IMG/VR virus record: IMGVR_UViG_3300032335_000094 | Location: 1-37,839 of that record | Source of the DNA: a virus | Taxonomy: Duplodnaviria > Caudoviricetes | DNA length: 37,839 nt | Strand: one strand, 5' to 3' | Part shown: positions 34,001-37,839 of the stretch, in pieces | Numbering within the stretch: the first letter of the stretch is position 1 | Layout: every line of letters begins with the position of its first letter | Notes under the pieces: model-generated | The model's input: only the letters and a program-made list of their open reading frames with translations | What the model was told of the DNA's origin: nothing | Database searches by the model: none | Made by a program: the position numbers and the translations under genes

Positions 34001-34322
34001 CAACAACCGTGGTCGAGCTGTCCTTGACGATAACGCCAGCGCCAGCCGCTTCAAGGCTCCCAGAAGCCCCGTTGAGCGAGATCCGATAGAACGACGTGGC
34101 TCCGCCATCAGTCAAACCCAAACCCGTCCCCGTGGACAGGAATCGGCTGTTTGGCAGCGTCAATTCCTGATTTTTGGTCAGGAAGGTCTGGTTCTGCGAT
34201 GGGCTGGCAGAGATGGCCGCAGTCGTGGTCTTGTACGTCCCGCCGTTTTGAACGATAGGAACAAGCTCCGTGCCCGTGATAGGGCCTGCGTCTGGCAGTT
34301 GGGTGATGGTTTGATTTGCCAT
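31002..34322 (-). CDS. Long tail fibre protein (1106 aa)
   Basis: ITQLP N-terminus, GQFRFNTTTNTFDGYNG, DRVLI..Q..TQNGIYVV, NGGTG repeats, internal duplications. Confidence 0.85.
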   Translation of the reverse strand: MANQTITQLPDAGPITGTELVPIVQNGGTYKTTTAAISASPSQNQTFLTKNQELTLPNSRFLSTGTGLGLTDGGATSFYRISLNGASGSLEAAGAGVIVKDSSTTVVARTLQTSGAGIGVSNGDGTGGDPTFQLTGLAAAIANMGGTGMLAVVGGATIAGRQITGTVNQISVTDGNGSGDPTISIFNNVVLPGTAAMTIPSGSDVEQPVGAPGQFRFNTTTNTFDGYNGSTWASFSLGAGVDSFSAGSTGLTPSTAATGAVTLGGVLNAASGGTGANSLTGYVKGNGTSVMTASATVPTSDLSGTISNAQLANSAVTINGTSISLGASGTITAQAPNALTINAGLSGTSYNGSTAVTIGITNTGVTAGAYGSASNTLTATVNSRGQLSALAATPIAIANTQVSGLGTMSTQNANSVAITGGAINGTAIGASTAAAGTFTSLTTTTGTISTTPVNATDIVNKTYVDGLIASGIHFHQPVRVESPIALTATYNNGASGVGATLTNAGAQAALVIDGITMAVADRVLIYQQVNQTQNGIYVVTSVGSGSTNWVLTRASDANTYVISSAAGLSEGSTVFVQQGATGAGETYTCNTSGVITFGTTNITFAQISSAQIYSAGTGLTLAGTQFSITNTGVTAASYGTASNVPTLAINAQGQVTSASNTAIAIAASQVTSGTFPNSRLTNSSITVNGTAISLGGSATITAVNPNALTIGTGLSGTSYNGSSAVTVAIANSGVSAATYGSASQVPVFAVNAQGQVTSVTNTAIAIASGAVSGLAASATTDTTNATNITSGTLPTGRLSGSYTGITAVGTLTGGTWNATAIGVAYGGTGLTATPTNGQLAIGNGTGYSLATLTAGTNVSISNSAGGITINATPAAGGTVTSVSGSGGTTGLTLSGGPITVSGTLTLGGTLVPANGGTGATTLTGYVFGNGTSTMTASTTIPNTAITGLGTMSTQNANSVAITGGTIDGASVGATTASTVRGTTITATTQFTGSGAGLTSIPNSATTATSANTASAIVARDASGNFTAGTITAALSGNATSATTATTATTATNATNVATTATGTNANFFIPFVAASTTGNQALGVNAGITYNPSTNALTASINGGTF

Positions 34323-34663
34323 TATGGTGTCACCGATATTCCGTCAAGGTTGCCGTTGTTCTCGGGCGTCTGGGTATTACCCTCGGTCGAGATCGTGAAG
34401 TTCCCCTGATTGTCCGTCACAAGGTTGTTCGGGTCCAGAGCCACAGACACATCTGGGCGAGGAAATCGCAGGTTGATGCGCTCGGTTTTACGAGCAGGAA
34501 GGCGATACGGGTCTTTTTGGTCAGCGCAGCCCTGCTGGCAGACGCGCAAACCCGCAAAGTTGGGGTCTGACATCTGCTCGTCTATAGGCCTCTTGAACCT
34601 ACAACGGTCGCAAATAAAGATTGCGAGGCTTGCGTTCCCAATGGTGTCAAGAAACATCGGCAT
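34322..34663 (-). CDS. Cys-rich virion-associated hypothetical protein
   Basis: ICDRC...GLRVC..GC.D.KDP, PRPD. Confidence 0.8.
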   Translation of the reverse strand: MPMFLDTIGNASLAIFICDRCRFKRPIDEQMSDPNFAGLRVCQQGCADQKDPYRLPARKTERINLRFPRPDVSVALDPNNLVTDNQGNFTISTEGNTQTPENNGNLDGISVTP

Positions 34664-35285
34664 GGTTTACCACCTTGGAGACAAACCCAATTGAGCAGCC
34701 AACCGACTGCATAATCTCGCTGTATTTTTTGCCTTCAGCTCTCATAGCAAGTATTTTCTCAGCCTTCGCGGAAGATCTCAACCTGACCGATGCGGCGCTT
34801 GCCTCTTGAGCCTTGGCCCTGTTTTTTGAAATTTTTGAAGCAAATTCACTGTCAGCAATGAAGCGTTCTTTGAATTTCTCTCCAGCCGCAGCTTGATAGC
34901 CCTCAACTCGGTGCTTTGTCGCATCGGACCTCACCTTGTTCATGTAGGCATCAAATGCTGGGTCGTTCAGCCTTTTTTTCTTGATCAGCTTCTCTCTTTC
35001 AAAAAAAGCGTGCCGTCTTGCAATCTCAAACAATCGGCTGTTGCAGTATCTGTTCTTGCCACCCTTCATGACAATCACTGCCTGCCACATGATTCCGCCA
35101 TGAATTTTCGCAAGAAGCACATGCGCAACAAAATGCTCCTTGGCAGTGAGCGCCACAAGATTTGAGCTGTCATCAGTGCCGCCCAAAGCCTTAGGAAGAA
35201 TGTGATGGCGCTCAACGTAACCTTCCGGGCACACTCTGGCCTTTGCTTTCGCAATCAAGCGCTGATATGCCAGAAAATAGTTCAT
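34647..35285 (-). CDS. Free-standing HNH homing endonuclease with C-terminal HTH
   Basis: YVERHHILPKALGGTDDSSNLVALTAKEHFVAHVLL; GKKYSEIMQSVGCSIGFVSKV. Confidence 0.9.
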   Translation of the reverse strand: MNYFLAYQRLIAKAKARVCPEGYVERHHILPKALGGTDDSSNLVALTAKEHFVAHVLLAKIHGGIMWQAVIVMKGGKNRYCNSRLFEIARRHAFFEREKLIKKKRLNDPAFDAYMNKVRSDATKHRVEGYQAAAGEKFKERFIADSEFASKISKNRAKAQEASAASVRLRSSAKAEKILAMRAEGKKYSEIMQSVGCSIGFVSKVVNHADVS

Positions 35286-36352
35286 TTTGTGTATACCGAA
35301 ATATTCGGACTGAAAAAAATTGGCGAACGATCTCTTTCTTCAGCCTCAGCCAAAGCCAAAGTCTTCTCCGCCTGCGCCTCAAGGTACTGAACACGGTCCA
35401 TGGGCACCTGTGGCAGTTCCATGGACATCTGGTGAGCCAGCATGTTGATCACAGCCAGATACCAGCGCTGCGGGATCTGCAATTCGTTGGTCAAATCGCC
35501 CACATTCATCACTTGCTTGCTGTACCAGATCGTCATTTGGACGAATGGGTCGCTTGGAGTGGGCCAGAGGTAGATTTCAGGGTTCGGAACCGTGCGGTTG
35601 AACCAAAACTGGTACGGCTGGTTGGCTGTGAAGTTCTTGTTGGGCAGGTTTGTGTAGTCGTCACGGTTCAGGCGAGACATTGTGATCTCTCGGCTGTTGG
35701 TTCCAACGTAAAACTCGCGCAAAGCAAGGGTTGAGCCGCCAGAAATGCGCACTCGGTAGAACTGAACGCTCTGACCGGGGTCAATATCGGTCCAGATCCA
35801 CTGTTTGTCAGACGCAACCACTGTCCCAAGGTCTTGCAGGGTGTTCCAAGTGACGTTGTCGGTCGAATATTCGAGGGTCAAAGCCCAATTAGCACTCCCG
35901 CCGCCAGCAACGTAAGGCATAAGGCCAATCGAGCCAGCATAAATCGGGTTGTCAGTGCCAAAATTGATCGAAATGTTGCCATTTGGGGATGCTTGCTGGC
36001 AGAAGGTGTTGATGTCGTTGTCGCCAACCAGCGCAACAACACCACCAGCGCTTGATGTGTAGCTGCCGTTGGGTCGCTCCATGGTGCGATACAAGGCGTT
36101 CAGGACGTCATTGGAGCCCGTTGGCAGGGTGTAGATGTACTTCTCAGGGGTAAGCCCCACAACCTGCTTCTCAATCGCCCAATACTGGATGCCGATGTTG
36201 ATCAGGTTGCTCATCACAAAGCCCAAAGACTCCCGGGCGCTCAAAAGCTGCTCGGAAGTCAGCTCTTCAGCCAACTTACCGCAGCGGCGTGCTCCGTGAT
36301 CTATGAGCGTTTGGACGTTGTAGACCTGACCATAGGTATCCGAGTAAGCCAT
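35282..36352 (-). CDS. Putative head-tail adaptor with an inserted carbohydrate-binding-like beta sandwich
   Basis: RRCG...ARESL; LNRDDYTNLPNK; YLWPTP; IPQRWY; insert LEYSTDNVTWNTL...FYRVR resembles discoidin/F5-8 domains. Confidence 0.7.
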   Translation of the reverse strand: MAYSDTYGQVYNVQTLIDHGARRCGKLAEELTSEQLLSARESLGFVMSNLINIGIQYWAIEKQVVGLTPEKYIYTLPTGSNDVLNALYRTMERPNGSYTSSAGGVVALVGDNDINTFCQQASPNGNISINFGTDNPIYAGSIGLMPYVAGGGSANWALTLEYSTDNVTWNTLQDLGTVVASDKQWIWTDIDPGQSVQFYRVRISGGSTLALREFYVGTNSREITMSRLNRDDYTNLPNKNFTANQPYQFWFNRTVPNPEIYLWPTPSDPFVQMTIWYSKQVMNVGDLTNELQIPQRWYLAVINMLAHQMSMELPQVPMDRVQYLEAQAEKTLALAEAEERDRSPIFFSPNISVYTK

Positions 36353-36353
36353 A

Positions 36354-36881
36354 TCAGCACTTCCATCTGTTTAAAGCAGCCGCCTTGCGGGTTGGCTGAC
36401 CTTTTTCATCCTTCATTGGTCCGGGCATACCTGACATACGTGCGCAGAACGAGTCCTTGCGAGGTCCTCCTTGGGGCTGTGGAGCTTTCAAGTTGGAGCC
36501 GGTCTCACGGTTGTACTTCTCACGCCCTTTGGCTGTCAAACCAGCCCCTTTGCTGACTGGCAGCTTCTCACCGCGACCGATAGAGAGGCTTGGACCACCG
36601 TCCTTCATTTTGGCTGTTCTGGCGGCTTGCTTGAAGGCTTTAGCCGTTGGCGCACCTTCGCTGCCAACTCGCCGCATTTTCTCGCCAGAGCCTTCAGCGA
36701 TTCTTTCGCGCTTTGCATGAATGTTGGCATACAGACCTCCGCCATCTTTGAACTTCTTGCCTTCGTCAGCACGAGCAAACTCTTTGCCGACTTTTTGGGG
36801 AACGCCAACTTTTTTGGCGAACGCAGGGTTGTGCGCAACCGCTTCCATCAATTTGTGCTGGGCTGGTGATTTGCTTGGCAT
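36354..36881 (-). CDS. Basic multi-module protein (C-terminal DUF6321-like)
   Basis: Three segments joined by FKDGG and MKDGG; the last has GLTAKGREKYN...NLKAP...RKDSFCARM...WKC. Confidence 0.8.
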   Translation of the reverse strand: MPSKSPAQHKLMEAVAHNPAFAKKVGVPQKVGKEFARADEGKKFKDGGGLYANIHAKRERIAEGSGEKMRRVGSEGAPTAKAFKQAARTAKMKDGGPSLSIGRGEKLPVSKGAGLTAKGREKYNRETGSNLKAPQPQGGPRKDSFCARMSGMPGPMKDEKGQPTRKAAALNRWKC

Positions 36882-36883
36882 GA

Positions 36884-37288
36884 TCAACCGTAAGATTTAA
36901 CCATCTCAAGGACGATGGTGTAGAAGTCACCCGCAGAAGCATCAGCAGTGCTGAACAAAACATCACCAGTTACGCCAGTGCCTGCGTTGTTAGTCAAACC
37001 GCCGAACTTTTCAAAATCCATCGTGTATTCAGAATTTTGTGGCACACACCAGCAAAATACATCTGTGGTTGCATCCCAATAAATCTGTACTTCCAAACCA
37101 TGCGTTGCGGAATAAATCTTTGTAATAGTTACACCAGTGCAGGCTAAACCAGATGCACTTGATGTCAAAGCAGAAACATCCACTTTCAGAACTTTGCTTT
37201 CACCAGTACCGTCAGAGAGGTTGGTGAATTTCATGATTGCAAGACGCTCACCATCCAGAAGCGTTTGACTTGTAACTGCATCAGCCAT
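36884..37288 (-). CDS. Virion structural hypothetical protein (head region)
   Basis: 134 aa, beta-rich, RBS GGAG. Confidence 0.8.
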   Translation of the reverse strand: MADAVTSQTLLDGERLAIMKFTNLSDGTGESKVLKVDVSALTSSASGLACTGVTITKIYSATHGLEVQIYWDATTDVFCWCVPQNSEYTMDFEKFGGLTNNAGTGVTGDVLFSTADASAGDFYTIVLEMVKSYG

Positions 37289-37302
37289 TTTTCATTCTCC
37301 AA

Positions 37303-37330
37303 TTAAAAGTGGGAGCCGAAGCCCCCACTT
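37303..37330 (-). terminator. Putative intrinsic terminator with UUCG loop
   Basis: AAGTGGGGGC-TTCG-GCTCCCACTT-TTAATT just after a stop codon. Confidence 0.7.
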
Positions 37331-37334
37331 AGGT

Positions 37335-37839
37335 TCAGCACTTGACTGATCCACCGCGCTTCTTGGCAGGCTCGACCGTCACAGACTTTTCAGTCTTGGT
37401 CACAGCGCCAGCCTCGGGTTTCTTGTCCATGCCAATCAGACTCTTTGCACCACGGAACAACTTGCCCGGGATGTCACGAATCGTCTTTGCCATGTCCATT
37501 TCTTCCTTTGACGGACCGATGCTCTCGTTGTAAGCCTTTTCCAAGGCTTTCTGAGATGCACCGCCACCAGCCATCTTTCGACCATACTTCTCGTTGCTGT
37601 AGGCTTTCGCCTGCTTCATCGCAGTAGCATTCTCAGACTTGAAGTTAGCTTGGAGCTTCTTCTCGGCTGGGGTCACGCTGCCACCCTTTTTGAAGGTGCC
37701 AGATTGACGGTCGTTGGAGACAGGTTGAGACGCAGCCTTCTTGGGCATTGCCACGGCGTGGCCGCTGTTGTTAACAGCTCCCCCCGTGGCGTAGTGCTTT
37801 TTTGTAGCACCGCCTTTTTTGTAGCCGCCAGCGTTACCC
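37335..37839 (-). CDS. Lys/Gly-rich protein with repeated xxxGG motifs, partial (start beyond right edge)
   Basis: Frame open to the edge: GNAGGYKKGGATKKHYATGGAVNNSGHAVAMPKK...KKRGGSVKC. Confidence 0.8.
   Translation of the reverse strand, partial: GNAGGYKKGGATKKHYATGGAVNNSGHAVAMPKKAASQPVSNDRQSGTFKKGGSVTPAEKKLQANFKSENATAMKQAKAYSNEKYGRKMAGGGASQKALEKAYNESIGPSKEEMDMAKTIRDIPGKLFRGAKSLIGMDKKPEAGAVTKTEKSVTVEPAKKRGGSVKC
37750..37816 (-). other. Putative programmed -1 ribosomal frameshift signal
   Basis: SD-like AAGGCGGT, in-register A_AAA_AAG (37803-37797), 6-nt spacer, hairpin GCCACGG...CCGTGGC with inner stem GCTGTT/AACAGC. Confidence 0.65.

Larger units (their letters stand above)
1..37839. mobile_element. 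Tailed dsDNA bacteriophage genome segment (podovirus-like morphogenesis genes, lambdoid-like replication module)
   Basis: Dense, translationally coupled ORFs (many ATGA/TGATG overlaps) with phage replication, recombination, lysis, tail fibre and ejection proteins; no host housekeeping genes. Confidence 0.97.

Noticed and set aside
34647-35285. Group I intron around the HNH gene
   Set aside because: Flanking genes are complete and overlap the HNH ORF directly, leaving no room for intron core structure

Overview
The whole window is part of one tailed dsDNA phage genome, with no host genes, rRNA, tRNA or CRISPR array seen. It looks like a podovirus-type phage (adaptor and nozzle-like proteins, ejection proteins ending in an SLT protein, no sheath or tube). 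Its genes resemble uncultured freshwater phages, possibly of Betaproteobacteria (inference). There are three blocks. (1) 1-7493, minus strand: Cro/YdaS-like regulator, YdaU (DUF1376) replication initiator with internal iterons, P-like loader, orphan N4/N6 DNA methyltransferase, RusA-like resolvase, NUMOD4-HNH endonuclease, Ref-like nuclease, a Rap1a-like immunity protein and small ORFs. (2) 7620-11211, plus strand: early and recombination genes including an SSB-like protein and a PD-(D/E)XK exonuclease. (3) 11257-37839, minus strand: structural and lysis genes, two more free-standing endonucleases and a 1687-aa repeat protein. Terminase, portal, capsid, integrase and a CI repressor were not seen. 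The most notable signals are five. First, two covarying copies of a three-way-junction RNA leader whose variable loop is complementary to repeated sites next to the downstream ribosome-binding site. Second, a dnaX-like -1 frameshift cassette at the right edge. Third, a recurrent [FYM][AK]xGG peptide motif that separates modules in virion-region proteins. Fourth, four TGAA-N7-TTCA operator-like palindromes at promoters. Fifth, a T4 holin T-like protein beside a second holin. All family assignments come from motif recognition by eye; no searches were run.
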